DNA of 64,000 bases from the NCBI RefSeq assembly GCF_963921235.1, contig NC_086107.1, positions 108,192,001 through 108,256,000 on the forward strand, given 5' to 3'. Each line of letters begins with the position of its first letter. Position 1 is the first letter of the stretch. Position numbers and translations under genes: made by a program. The notes beneath the pieces were generated by a model. The model did no database searches and was not told the origin of the DNA. It saw only the letters and a program-made list of their open reading frames with translations. This document shows positions 12,156 to 26,075 of the stretch, in pieces. The stretch comes from Mobula hypostoma. Taxonomy: Eukaryota.

Positions 12156-13264
12156 TAGAGAGAAGGGTATGATAAGTGACTAGCTAGTGGTCAGCATAAT
12201 GCTTTACAGCTGTGAGATAGGGGTCAGTTCCGGCCACTGTCGGTAAGAAGTTTCCACATTCTCCCGGTGCACGCGAGGGTTTCCTCCAGGTGCTCTGGTT
12301 TCCTCCCACATTCCTAAGACTTATGGGTTAATGTTAGTAAGTTCAGGTATGCTATGTTGACGGCAGAAGCAAGCTCAATTTCAAAGGCTAAGAGAAGCTC
12401 GGGTAGGTACATGGGTGGGAATGGTCCAGGCACAGATTGATGGGAGTAGGCAGTTTAAATAGCTCAGCATGGACTAGATGGGCCAAAGGGCCTGTTTCTG
12501 ATCTGTACTTTTCTACGATGCTAAGTATGGCGACAGTTGCGAATTGCCCAGTGCAATTCCCGCTGATTTGATGCAAACGACGCAGTTCACTGTATGCTTT
12601 GATGTGACAGATAAAGCTAATCTATCTGTCTGTCTGTCAGTGGGAACAAATCTTCAGGGAAGTGGATAGATCGTCAATGGATTATACCGATTTATCCCAG
12701 ATGATGTATTCAGCTCCTTGAGCAGTGATGTCTGTTTACAACAGGCAGGTGGTGAGAACTCCATCACACTCCTGGCACGTCCCTGCGAGGCATAAAGGAT
12801 TTAGGCTGCCTTGAAGTAACAACCTGAGGCTGTTTGTTTTATCCACATAAACCTGGACAGAGAGCTTTGGTATCTCGGACAGAGCAGCATTCTCTCTGCA
12901 ACCTACTGTTTCTATTTGCTTACTTGTATTGTTTGCAAGATCTACTTTTCGCCTGTGGGTGCTTTGACGATCTTCTTTTCGTTAATGGGTTCTATTAGGT
13001 TTCTTTGTTTCATAGCTGCCTGTAAGGAGATGAATCTCTGGGCTGTGTATAGCATACATACTTTGATGAATGTTTTTTGAACTTTGAACTTTGAATACTG
13101 AAAGGCCCAGATTGAGTGGACACAGAATGTTCCCGTTAGTAGGGGAAATCTAGAATCCAAGGGCACAGACTCAGAATCAAGGGATGTCCCTTTTGAACTG
13201 AAATGAGGAGGAATTTCGTCATCCAGAGGGTAGAGGATCTGTGGAATTCATTGCCACAGATAAC

Positions 13265-13758
13265 ACTACTACTACTACTACGTCGACTCAGGCTTAGGGG
13301 GCCGGCATCAGGCACGATGACGGACTCTCCACTTCTCCCTCTCCCTCATCAGTGTGTTCAGTTCATCTACATTAGCTGCGCCGCTGTCTTCTAGGAACGT
13401 GTTGACCATAGTCTTGGGAGGGAGCCCAGGGTTCATCCTCCCGTGCTTGGGCTCCCATATGATGACTAGGCTGGCAGGTAGCTCGGGGTGGCGCAGACAG
13501 TGCCCCACTAGTTGCAGTCTTCTCGCCTCAATTTTAGTGGCGAGCATCGGCAGGTCGTCACAGAGTTTGACGTCGTCATGTGCTGTTGCCAACTCACATC
13601 AAGAGCCATCTGGAGCATTCATGTATAGCAACCATCTAGAGACTTCCGCATAGTCTTGGTGAGTGTCCACGTCTCACATCCGTACGTGAGAATGGACTCT
13701 ATGACTGCTATGAAGATCCTCTTTTTAAGCTCTCTGGTCAGGTTCGACTTCCAGGTTA
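13265..13758 (-). mobile_element. RTE-type LINE 3' fragment
   Basis: KIEARRLQLVGHCLRHPELPASLVIIWEPKHG...REKWR; (TAG)n tail. Confidence 0.75.
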
Positions 13759-16700
13759 TGATGACAGACAACACACAGATAGCAGGGGAGGCCAAATCAT
13801 TGGGTATATTTGGTGTGGGAGGTTAAGGGTTACAGGGAAAAGGTGGGATGATGGCGTGGAGGACAAGAAATTCAGCCATGATTGAATGTCAGTCTTAAAG
13901 TGTGATTTTGGAAGTGCAAGAGCCTCTGTGTGTTTTTTTTGGTTTGGGTCTTTTCTGTGTTTTTTGATGTCTGCTTACTGCCTGCCATTTTTTAGCCAGG
14001 GAGTGGTGAATCTGTGGAATTCTTTGCCACAGGCAGCTGTGGAGGCCAAGTCTTTCTGTATATTTAAGACAGAGGTTGATAGATTCTTGACTGATCAGGG
14101 CATGAAGGGATACAGGGAGAAGTAGGGAGATTGGGGCTGAGAGAAAATGGCTCAGCCACGATGAAATGGTGGAGCAGACTTGATGGGCCAAATGGCCTAA
14201 TTCTGCTCCTGTACCTTATGGTCTTATTTCGGATCTAACTGATGCATCAAGAACTTAGATTACTGAATTTGTGTTTAGATTACAACATTTCTGTGTGGTC
14301 TAGTTGTCTGTTTTTTACCCATCTTGGCTAAAGGAAAGCAAAACTTCCTTTCAAATCTGCACGCGAACTCCAGTTTGCATCATGGTTTCTGCAACTGGGT
14401 TCATTCACAGTCCTCAGTGGTACAGTGGTAGACTGCTGGCCTTTCAACCCAGTGACCTGAGTTCAGTTTCTAATCAGGCCACTTCCCTTGCACTACCTCC
14501 TTTAGTTTTTGATTCCTTAACCCCCTGAATCAGGGTTACCAGTCAGTCATCTGCTGTTTGTGGGATCCTGTGTGTAATTTGTCCGTTGCAACATGTCTTG
14601 ATAATAACAGTGCCCTGTTTTCAGTGACAGCCCATGAAGCATCTGATGTAAACACAACAGCTTTCAGTGAGAAGACAAAATGAATCAATGTTATGGTTAT
14701 ATCTTGCCGAATTATTGACAGACAAAAGTGCGGAAAGGAAATGCATACTTTTAATTAAGTCATGGAGTCATGATCGGACAGATGGGGCTCATCAGCCGTG
14801 GTTGGCAGCTCATCGAGGAGAAGGAAAAACTCTGATCTCAAACCTCCGCTGCCTTGTGGATATACCCGCTCATGGGAAGGCTTCAGGAGTAAACCCCGAG
14901 GGAAAAATCCTGAGCTGGAGTCCCTAAGCATGAGCTCAACACTGACTAGCAACTCCCGCCGTGCAGCCGGCGCCAGACTGTATCGGTCTCTGCCGTTCCA
15001 CTGGTTTTATCAGATGCGTGGAGAGGGGGAGATTGCTATGTGGCAACAGCTTGATGTCCATATCGTACTGCCCAGGCTTGCGTATCTAGACAGTGAGGAC
15101 ACAACATCCACTGTCAACCCTGACTGATGGAGGCCTCGTAGTCATAACGTACTACAGCATGGAGATGGGCCCTTCAGACCTAGATTGTGCTTACCTGGTC
15201 CCATCTACCTGCACCCAGACCACTGCCCTCCATACCCCTCCCCTCCATGCACCTATCCAATCTTCTCTTAAGTGTTATAATTGAACCTTGTATTGACCCC
15301 TTCTGCTGGCAGCCCGTTCCACTCTCTGAAGTGAAATAGTTCCCCACCCCCTCCCCCCCGCGATTCCCCTTAAATATTTGATTGTTCCTGGCGTCAGTGT
15401 TCACATAACCAGGACTTGTGTTATACACCAGTTGCTCATATGACCATATGACCATATGAGCGGCTGGTGCACATCACAAGTCCTGGTTATGTGACTACTG
15501 ACGCCTGGCAAACAATCTCTGAAGAGTATTGATAATGTCTGGGGCTCACCCGTCTTGTAAAGATACTGCCCAGAAGAAGGCGATTGCAAATCACTTCTGC
15601 AGAGAAATTTGCCAAGAACAATCATGGTCAAGATGTGGTTGCCCACACCATAACACACAGCACATAATAATGATGTTATGTGTCTACAATGCAGCATTGC
15701 AAGTCTTTCATGAATTAGGTGAGACTTTATTCACTGAGTGAAAAACTCATGCTTAGCTGAGAATTTACAGCAGAGTGCTGTGTCTGCCTTTGGCATCCCT
15801 TCTATGCTCAAATGAACCAAAAAATGTGTCCAAAATGTCTTGTTCTATTGTTGATATCCCCCTTATTGCAACTGACTGCCTGTAACTGCCTCTGCAAAAT
15901 AGCAAGATTCCAAGAATTACTCCACTAATGCTCCCACTACTGCTCAAGTTTCAGGTACATGTTAAAGTTTAGATTAATTTTACCATTAACACAAGAGATT
16001 CTGCAGATGCTGGAAATCCAGAGCAACACACACAACATACAGGAGGAACTCAGCAGGTCAAGCAGAATCTATGGAGATGAATGGACAGTTGATGTTTTGG
16101 GCCAGGACACTTCCTCTGAACTATCTATTCGTTTCCATTGATGCTGCCTGACCTGCTCAGATCCTCCAGCATTTTCAAGATTCAAAGTACATTTATTATC
16201 AAAGAATATATAAATTATACAACCTTGAGATTTGTCTGCTAACAGGGAGCTACAAAGTAAGAAATCCAGAAGAACCCAATTTTAAAAAAAGCCAGAAATA
16301 AAGACAACCCCAAAGTGCATGGAAAGAGAAAAAAAACACAAATCATGCAAACAGCAACAACTGTATTCTGAACTAAATTGAGTCATTGGATCCAAATCCC
16401 TGGAACAGCCCGGAATAGGTCCGAAGCCTCTGTATTCATTCATCATATTAGTTGGGCAAAACGCCACAAAGTTTGCAGATGCAAAGCACAGCAGCCAGGG
16501 GCAGTCTTGCAATCTCAGCGTCATGGAGACAGGAGTAAACATCACAGGAGAGCAAGCGAAACCGGCCTGACTCTCGACGCCCTGCCTACTTGTGTGTCTT
16601 GCTTCTAATGTCTTGTGTTAAACCCCTGACTCAGAAACCGTATCAACCATTACCAGAATGGAGAAAGTTATTTGCTCCCTGAAGATGCTGCTTGTCTTGT

Positions 16701-17804
16701 CGAGATCCCCCAGCACGTTCTTTGTTACCCCAGAGTCCAGCATCTGCAGTCTCCTGTGTGAAGTCTATTGTAAGTTCCACTGAGAGAGTTAAACATTACA
16801 AATTTCATACTGAGGTTGAGGCAGTCTCTTTCTCTCCCAATAACAGAGGACAAGAGCTCTCTCCCACGCATTAGGGTCACTTTGTTGTACTTATGTGGTG
16901 ATGGAGGGTCATAGGGTTTTAACTTATGACTCTGAGTCAAATTTCTTCTTCAGGGTGGCACAGTAGTGTAGCATAAAAAAGGCCTGAAGGATCACTGGGG
17001 ACCCGAGTCACTCCAATCACAAACTGTTCCAGCTGCTCCCATTCGGGAAACGGTACCGCAGCATTAAAGCCAGGTCCAACAGGTTCCAGGACAGTTTCTT
17101 CCACCAGCCCATCAGGCTGATTAACTCACGCTGATACAATTGTAATTCTAAGCTATATTGACTGTTCTGTTGTAAATCTTACTGCACATATTACTTATTA
17201 CAAATTACTATAATTTGCACATTGCACATTCAGACGGAGATGTAACGTAAAGATTTTTACTCGTCATGTATGTGAAGGATGTAAGAAATAAAGTCAATTC
17301 AATTCAAAACACTTTACAATGCCATCAACCCAGGTTCAATCCCCCGCTGCTGCCTGTAAGGAGTTTGTACGTTCTCCCCATGACTGTGTGGGTTTCCTCC
17401 GGGTGCTCTGGTTTCCTCCCACAGTCCAAAGATGTACCGGTTGGTAGGTTAATTTGTCACATGGGTATAATTGGGTGGTGCAGGATCATTTGGCTAGAAA
17501 GGCCTGTCACTGTGCTATATCTTTAAATAAATAAATATAACCAGTCTTTCCATCAATGGGTCTAGTTCTTTGGACGGTCTGTCCAAGATAGTTAGCCCTT
17601 GAAACTTTCCAATCATCTGTGGAGGGAAAGGAACTATCAACATTTCAGTTCAAGAACCTGCATCAGAATCATTGGATGTTTTAGATATAATGTTTACATC
17701 CATCTTCATCCTCTGATAGACATAGAAGTTCCAAAGTAAAATTGAAGGTTCTACACTCATGGTTAACTTCAACTGGCCTCAAGGAAAACGTATTATCGTG
17801 GCTG

Positions 17805-18290
17805 AACATTCCCATTCCCATTCCTGTTCTGACATGCTGATCCAAGGCCTCCTCTTGTGCCAAGATGAGGCCACCCTCAGGGTGGAGGAGCAATACTGTA
17901 TGTCCCGTCTGGGTACCCTCCATCCTGATGGCATGAATATCAATTTCTCCTTCCGGTGAACAAATTTCCTCCCCTGTCCCTTCATCTATACCCCAGTCTG
18001 ACCTTTCACTTCTTCTCACCTGGCTATTTCTCTCCTCCTTCGCTTTCTCCTATGATCCACTCTCCTCTCCTATCAGATTCCTTCTCCTGCAGTCCTTGAC
18101 CTTGCCCACCCACATGGCTTCACCTATCACCTTCCAGCGAGCCTCCTTCCCCTCCCTTCCACCTTATTATTCTGGCATCTTTCCCCTAACTCCTCAGTCC
18201 TGAAGAAGGGTCTCGGCCCGAACATCGACTGTTTATATTCATTTTCTAAGATGCTCCCTGACACGCTGAGTTCCTCTCGCATTTTGTGTG
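17805..18290 (+). mobile_element. Penelope-like 3' fragment (endonuclease C-terminus plus terminal repeat; degenerate hammerhead at 18195-18231)
   Basis: HSHSCSDMLIQGLLLCQDEATLRVEEQY..RLGTLHPDGMNINF; CAGTC-CTGAAGA-AGGGTCTCGGCCC-GAA-CATC-GACTG. Confidence 0.85.
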
Positions 18291-18454
18291 GCGTTTATCT
18301 GATTATTATCATGTTGCTGTTTGTGGGTTGTTCCCTACGACACTATATTGACTACAATTCAAAAGGTACAACTTAGGCCGTCACAATCTTTGCGGTGACC
18401 TGAGTTTGTGAAGGTGCAGGACTTTTTACGGGCGAAAGTTGAGAGGTGACTCAC

Positions 18455-18578
18455 TGTGCTTCCCTGGTCAATCTCGGGTCTCTCCAGTGCAACCGTGATG
18501 CAGTTGAGGAAGATGAAAGCTAGGACGATGTAATCGAAGAGCTTGTGGGCAATGATCATTTGACACATCAGGCGGAAC
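18455..18578 (-). CDS. CACNA1I: Cav3.3 coding exon I (IIIS1)
   Basis: CCCAG|G acceptor, ACA|GTGAGT donor; 124 nt; FRLMCQMIIAHKLFDYIVLAFIFLNCITVALERPEIDQGST. Confidence 0.96.
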
Positions 18579-18750
18579 CTGGGTGGGAAAGAGAGAGGAG
18601 GCAGAAACAGAACAGTCACTGATGATCGTGTAGGAACCCACTATGGTTTAGGTTAAAAAAAAAATGAGTCAAGCAGCCTCTGTGGTAGGAATGGACAGTT
18701 GGTGTTTCATGGTGAGACACTTTAGCTAGAGTTAGATGGTCCAGGTATGT

Positions 18751-19061
18751 GCTGGTGCGTGGCCAAGTGGTCAAGGCATCGGTCTAGCGACCTGAAGGTC
18801 GTGAGTTTCGAGCCTCAGCTAAGGCAGCGTGTTGTGTCCTTGAGCAAGGCACTTAACCACACATTGCTCTGTGACGACACCGGTGCCAAGCTGTATCGGC
18901 CCTAGTGCCCTTCCCTTGGACAACATTGGTGGCATGGAGAGGGGAGACTTGCAGCATGGGCAACTGCCGGTCTTCCATACAACCTTGCCCAGGCCTGCAC
19001 CCTGGAAACCTTCCAAGGTGCAAATCCATGATCTCATGAGACTAATGGATGCCTATAAAAA
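18751..19061 (+). mobile_element. tRNA-headed SINE with CORE-like domain
   Basis: A box TGGCCAAGTGG, B-box-like GTTTCGAGCC, GTGTCCTTGAGCAAGGCACTTAAC, A-rich end. Confidence 0.7.
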
Positions 19062-19259
19062 GATGGTCCAGGTTAATCAGGGGTTTATACTCTGCCCTTG
19101 TTAGAACACTTCAATCCAAATTGAGAATGGTCTCCCAACAAGGAACTAAGCAACAGAGATAAATGAAAGTCTGTACAAATCTGTAGTAAATGGTGACTTC
19201 AGTGAAGTTCTGGGATAACTGACATGCCAAGGGACAAGTTCCACAGGCTAGACAGTCCA

Positions 19260-19755
19260 AACTATGGAGGAGGATCTCAGGATTCCCAGGAATGAAAGGG
19301 TTAATATATGAGGAGTGTTTGATGGCTCTAGGTTTGTACCCACTAGAGGCTAGAAGAATGGTGGGGTGGGGGTGGAATCTCTTTGAAACCTATTGAATAT
19401 TGAAAGGGCTAGATATAGTGGACATGGAGAGGATGTTTCCTATAGTGCGGGAGTCTAGGACCAGGGGGCACAGCCTCAGAATAGAAGGATGTCCCCTTAG
19501 AACAGAGATGAAGAAGAATTTCTTAAGCTACAGGGTGGTGAATCTGTGGAATTCATGGCCACAGACGGCTGTGGAGGCCATGTCATTGGCATATTTAAAG
19601 AGGAAGTTGATAGGTTCTTCATTAGTAAGGGTGTCAAAACTCATGGGGAGAAGGCAGGAGGATGGGGTTGGGGGGATAATAAATCAGCCATGATAGAATG
19701 GTGCAGCATATTCAATGAACTGAATGGCCTAATTCTGCTCCTATGTCTTATGGAT
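19260..19755 (+). mobile_element. CR1 LINE 3' fragment
   Basis: KGLDIVDMERMFP..ESRTRGHSL...NFLSYRVVNLWNS; CR1 3' UTR. Confidence 0.8.
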
Positions 19756-22700
19756 TTTCAGACAGAGGATGGTAATTTTGTGGAATTTTCCCCTATGGAG
19801 AGTTGGAGATCCTTAGTAGCCCAGAAGAATGAAGGCAGGGGGATCACAGAGTGGAAATATGGGATTCTCCCTCTCAACAAATCCATTGGTACTGGAATTA
19901 AATTGGAAGTCTCTAAACTCTTTACGCTGGTTCCTTTCTTGGTGTGAATGCTACTGTTACTGGAACCAAAGGTGGCCACCATCAGCAAGTGCACAAAGGG
20001 TTGGATTGTTTCCTCCTGCTCTGCAGTGTCAGTATAAATGAAGAGAAGTTACACCAAACCCAATCGCATTAAAGTCATTGGTGCTGAGGGAAATCACTTA
20101 AGAGCCAGTAATGAGCAGCCATTGCCATATCTGCATCATCTTCCTTCTCTAAAGACATATCTGCTCCACCTGCTGGAGGACTGGATGAGATAAAGGATCA
20201 GTCCTGATCTCTCTCTCTCTCTCAATAGCTGCTATTTGTATTTCTACTGTTCTTAAAACATGAATATTAGCGGAAGGCAGAGCAGAGCAGCTCACTTGAG
20301 CTGGAAGGAGAAAGATATGTTTTGGGTTGAGTTGGCATCTGGCCAGAACCAATGGAACAGAAAGGGAGTCTGTCCCTCAGTTCAGCAAAGAAAGTGATTC
20401 CCAATCTGGAGATTCACAACACGATAAACTCCTATGCCCCCTGCTTGATGAGTCTGCAGTGTTAGTGATACCAGCAGAACCTGGGCCTCAAGGTAATGAG
20501 ACTGCAGACATTGGAATCTGGTGAAGCAAACAAATTGTTGGAGGAACTCAACAGTCCAGAAGCATCGGTGGAGTAAAATGAACAGTCAACATTTCATGTC
20601 AAAACTCTTCATTTAGACTGAGAAGTAAAGAGGAGACAGTCAGATCTGAAACAGTGGCTGTCCATTTCCCTCCTCACCTGCTGAGTTTCTCCAACATTTA
20701 GTTGTATTTTTTTCCTTTCCCCAATGGTAACTTGCCACCATAGGTTTGTATTTATATTTGTGGAGAGTAAACAGAGTTCATCTGTCAGGTCCATAAAATC
20801 TGGAACAAAATAAAGCCAAAAATACTGGAGGGACTCGGTGAGTCAGACAGCATCTGTGGAGGGAAATAGCACTGGAAAACTGGGAAAACAGGTGGGTTTT
20901 AAATGGCAAAGGGGCCAGAGGAGTGGAGAAAGTAAAGGGAATAAATACCTGATAATAAAATCCAGGAAAATCGGTGAAAAAGTTATCCAACAAAGAGAAG
21001 CTAAATGAAGGATGTGGAAGCTTTGGGGAGGGTGCAGAGGAGATTCTCCAGGATGCTGCCTGGATTAGAGAGCAAGGCTTATGCTAATAGGTTGAGCAAG
21101 CTAGGGCTTTTCTCTCTGGAGTGAAGGAGAATAAGAGGTGACTTCTTAGAAGTATACAGTTGATAGAGATGATAAGAGACTTTGATAGAGTGGATAGCCA
21201 GAGACTTTTTCCCCAGGGAGAAGCTGGTTTATATGAAGGGCATAATTTTAAGGTGGTTGGAAAATATAGAGGGTGTGGATGTCAGAGGTGCTCCAAGAGA
21301 ATCTCGACATGGTTTGGAGGCTTGTGCACCTCAGTAACCCCGAGAGCGATGTTGGCTGGTGTCAGGTCTTTATGCTTTGGCTCTTGGTAGGTTCACCCAT
21401 GCCAAATGGGTTAAAGGGTAGAGACCAGACTAAGAGAGGTCCACTGGTTCTCCAGGTTTGGGGGTTCAGCTCAGGGCTAACAACCCTGACTGGTCAAACA
21501 AAATTGTCAGATGAACAGCAATGAAGAATCTTTCTACATCTGAATGTGATGGTATACCTGTGTCTCCACTCAGTAGCGAAAACTGAGAGGAAGCTACTGA
21601 TGTGATGACGGAAGCCCTGAACATCGCCAGAGATGGAGAATCTTCATCACTGCCCTAAACGCCAGTGGCGTAACAGGCAGTAGATTGGAGTAGAGAGATG
21701 ACAGGGGTAAAGTTTTTACACAGAGAGTGGTGGGTGCATGAACTGCCCTGCCTGGGGTGGTGGTAGAGGCAGATACATTAAGAACATTAAGAAACTCTTA
21801 GACTGGCAAATTGGCAAATAGATGATAGACAAATGGAGGGCTATGTAGGAAAGAATGGTTAGATTGAGCTTAGAGTTGTTAAATGGCACAACACCCTGGG
21901 TTGAAGGGCCTGTACTGTACTGTAATGTTCCATGTTTAATGCTGTATGTTCTATGTGAAATATACTGGGTACCCTTACTGCACTGACCTCAGAGCTGTTG
22001 GAATTCTTTGGGACAACTCCAACTCCAAGGGCAGCAGAGTAGTATAGCATTGGCGTATCGTTTTACAGCGCCGGTGTTCTGGGTTCAATCCCTGACTCTC
22101 TCTGTAAGGAGTTGGCACGTTCTCCCCATGACTATGCGGCTTTCCTCCCCGTGTCCGGGTTTCTTCCCACATTCCAAAGACACACAAATTAGGGTAAGTA
22201 AGTTGTGGGCATACTATGCTGGTGCCAGAAGCATGGTGACATTTGCGGTTGTCCCTGGCAACGGTGTTGGTTATCGACACCAATGACACATTTCAATGCA
22301 TGCTTGAATATTCCAATATACATGTGACAAATTATGATAATCTTTCATCCAACTTCTCTCCATAAATACCTGGACAGCTACCAGGTATTTATGGGACGCT
22401 GCTGTAAATTTAACCCAGTGTGAGCAAGTGGGACTTTCATTCACAAATTCTGGAAAACCAGTAATGAAGGCCATAGTACAGGTATAAATATAAACATAAA
22501 TAAGAATTTCAAAATATAAAATATTGTATATACACAGTACTATACGTAAAATATAAATATAAGCAGAAACTAGTGGGCAAGGTCATGATCCAAATTATCA
22601 TCTGGCTGAAAATAAAAACAAAATGCTGAAGTATTGCCACCATTTTCTGTCTTTATTTCAATGTGAGTACGATCTCATTTGCCCTCCTGTAATGTTTATC

Positions 22701-23862
22701 ACTTCACACCTTTCCCTCCGACCTCTGCCTGAGGTCACACATTCCAAGTTGGGAACCATTGACTTAAGCCCTACATATCCCTTTATAATAGGGTCACATT
22801 AAGGTACAACTAGGTTGTGGAGGACTAATATTTTCCAATTCCCCCATCTCACCGTGTAGGGCTCCCCACTCCTCACAAAGGCCGAACATAGAACATAGAA
22901 CAGTATAGCACTCAAATGGGCTCTTCAGCCCACAGTGTTGTGCCAAATTAGCTAAAAAGCAAGTTAAAAACACCCAAACACTAATCCCTCATACTTACAC
23001 CATGTCCATATCCCTCCATCTTCCTTACACTCACATGCCTATCTAAATGCCTCTTAAAAGCCTCTACCAGCATACCAGGCAGCACATTCCAGGCATCCAC
23101 CACTCTCTGAGTAAAAAACTTACCCCTCACATCCCCCTTGAACATACCCCTCTCACCTTCAATACATGCCCTCTGGTATTAGACATTTCTACCTTGGGAG
23201 AAAGATACTCCCTGTCTGCTCTATCTGTGCCTCTCATAATCCTATAAACCTCTATCAGATCTCCCCTCAGCCACCGCCATTTCAGAAGAAACAACCCAAT
23301 TTTATCCAGCCTCTCATGAGAGCACCTGCCCTTGAGAAGATCCAGATATGGTGACAGCTGCTCATTATTTAAGACAAATGATCTCCCCTGAACGTACGTC
23401 TTTTAAGGGTTTTAGCAATGGCACTCAATTTATACTTGCTCTTCAGCGCAGGAGGGTGACGGATAGGTCTCTGAGTCCTCACTGTCATATATCTTCAATC
23501 CACTCCTCCCCCACACTTTTACACATTCCCTCCAGCCAATGATCCAACATACTCAGTTTTCCAGTTGAAATTTCCGATTGGCTCTGGTACCAACAGCTTC
23601 TTGGAGGGAAAATTCCAGATTCCCACTCTCCTTTGTGTGAAGGAGTAGGTTTTAACATCTGCTTTGCACTTTGGTGTCTAGTTTTGTTTTGGCCCCTTAC
23701 TTTGGACTCTTCCCCCAACCACCTCCTCCCCCAGACCAGTGGAAGTAGGTTTACTCTCCTCACATCTCTTTTAGTTATGACTGCTAGGACGTGCCAACCC
23801 TGTATGAACAACACAGTGTAAGGAATGAAAAGGTTAAGTGTTCTGCTGATAAATGTCCTTAC

Positions 23863-23963
23863 CTATTCTGTGGGGAGAACAGGTAGACCGACCAGTCTGC
23901 CCTTGTCTCACACCAGTCTGGCTTGTAAATCTCTATCATCTTCTGAATTCGGAAACAGAGACT
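23863..23963 (-). CDS. CACNA1I: Cav3.3 coding exon H (end of II-III linker)
   Basis: TTTCAG|AGT acceptor, AG|GTAAGG donor; 101 nt; SLCFRIQKMIEIYKPDWCETRADWSVYLFSPQNR. Confidence 0.94.
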
Positions 23964-24184
23964 CTGAAACAAACATACACACAGGTCAATTCTCACAAAG
24001 AGCAACTTTCGATTTGTAAATGCTGGTGTCTAGCCATTGTTTCTCTGAGGAATTGCTGAACCGCCCGGTTGTGGGTCTGATGAGGTGAGGGTCTTCATTT
24101 GCTATTGCGTTCAGGAACTGGTGAGTGGTAAAAATCTACAAAGACTCGAGTACCTCACAGGAAGGAAAATCTTCCAAGTGAAAT

Positions 24185-24718
24185 ACACACAGTGGCTACT
24201 TTACCAGGTACAGCACCGTATCTCCTGTAGTCGTTGTGGTCTTCTGCAGCTGTAGCCCATCTACTTCAAGTTTCAATGTGTTGTGCATTGACAGAGGATT
24301 TTTGCACACCACTGTTGTATTCTGTAGTTATTTAAAACTGTCACTTGAACCAGTCTAGCCATTCTGCTCTGATCTCTTTCATTAATAAAGCTTTTTCACC
24401 CACAGAACTGTTGCTCCTGGCTGATTGCTTTTTGCACCATTCTCTGTAAACTCTAGAGACCGTTGTGCATGAAAATCCCAGGAGATCAGCCATTTCTGAG
24501 ATACTCAAACCACCCCATCTGGCACCAACAATCATTCGACAGCCAACGTCGGATCACGTTTCTTCCCCATTATGATGTTTAGTCTGAACAACAACTGAAC
24601 ATCTTGACCATGTCTGCATGCTTTTATTCATTGAGTTGCTGCCACATGATTGGCTGATTAGATATTTGCATTAATGAGCAGGTGTACAGGTACATGCAAT
24701 AAAGTGGCCTCTGAGTAT
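24185..24718 (-). mobile_element. Tc1-derived non-autonomous element (same family as 20-585)
   Basis: MIVGARWGGLSISEMADLLGFS; TIR remnants at both ends. Confidence 0.8.
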
Positions 24719-26075
24719 ACATTTGTTAATCTAAAGAGTCACCCAAACAGTCCTACTATTCTTTCCTGAGATGGTGCCAGAGACAACTTCTTCGAGCTCA
24801 TCTGCAAAGCAGCTTAAATTCCTCTCTTGAATTACTTTTTTCCCCTTTTTCAAGGTGGCTGAGGTTCTGTCAGACTCCATGATTTGCAGCAGCTCTTACA
24901 CTGGTGGGGTCCCACTTCTGGAATTCACTGACCAGCTGTTTTCGATATCTCCAGGAGCTGCTTGGAAGACATTCACCCACAGGGTGTGGCCTTGTGCGGT
25001 CCTGCGGACTCGATTCCTCGCCTGGTGTTGGCTAACGAGGTGTCGCTGGAGAACCAAACATCACGACAGCTGTTGGAGGCCTCTGCACTCGGATGATCTC
25101 TCTCTCTCTCTCTTTTATTGATGGTGGGGGGCGGGTGCGAAGTATCCTGCCATTTCTTGAGTTGGAGAAACTCAGAATAAAAACGATGCTGCAGACTAGA
25201 ACATCGTAACAGCGAGCGTTTTGTTGGTCTCCCCTCTCGCTGTTGAAAAGGGGCGACATCTCTTTGTCCCTTGTTACTGAGAGAGAGAGAGCCTGTGGCA
25301 CATCTTATTGTTGTAATATAAAAGCAAATATCTTATCAGTCAATCATGTGGCAGCAACTCATTGCCTAAAAGCATGCAGACATGGTCAAGAAGTTCAGTT
25401 GTCCAGACCAAACATCAGAATGAGGAAGGAACGTGATCTGAGTGTTTTTTGTTGGACTGCAGCTCATGGTCTCTTTGGGGTCTTTGCTACTGCTTGCTTG
25501 GCGGGTTGCGGGCACTGATGCTTCCTGCTGGGACAAGTAGGGGGAGAGGGGAGGGTTGATGCTTTGCCACTGCTTGTGTGTGGGAGGGGGAGGTGGTGTT
25601 GGGGTTATAACGTTTTTTCTGTCATTCATTCTTTGGGGTTTTCTTCTGTTTCGTGGATGTCTGTGAAGAGTAAGAATTTTGAGTTGTATACTGTATATTA
25701 ATTGTGACCATTGAACAATTGATCTCCCAACAATTCTTTCCTTCTTCAAATACTTATCCTTTTGGACACTTTAATAGAATCTAATTTTGATGTTCTATTA
25801 GAGAATGCATTCAAAACTCAAACCACCTTGACGTGGTAATGCTGATTTCACCTTGTGCCAATGCAAGATGAAAACACTTTAGTGTCATAGAGTTATCATC
25901 ACTTCAAGACAGAATCGGCTTTTAGGCCCGTCTAGTCCATGCTGAACTGTTAGGTCTGTGGTCTTTGGTTACCTGATCAGGTTCTGCTTATAAATCACAA
26001 ATGGTCTTAAACATCTGATTTTTGGTGCATGTCGTGCCAGCATTTCACAGCAAATTCCTAATATATGTAAATGTG

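Noticed and set aside
18751..18830. tRNA gene
   Set aside because: Degenerate cloverleaf continuing into a SINE body; the same applies to 30395 and 40725
24835..25121. Plus-strand polypyrimidine-AAG acceptor followed by an 88-aa ORF (possible nested antisense exon)
   Set aside because: No recognisable protein, no partner exons, and it runs into repeat sequence
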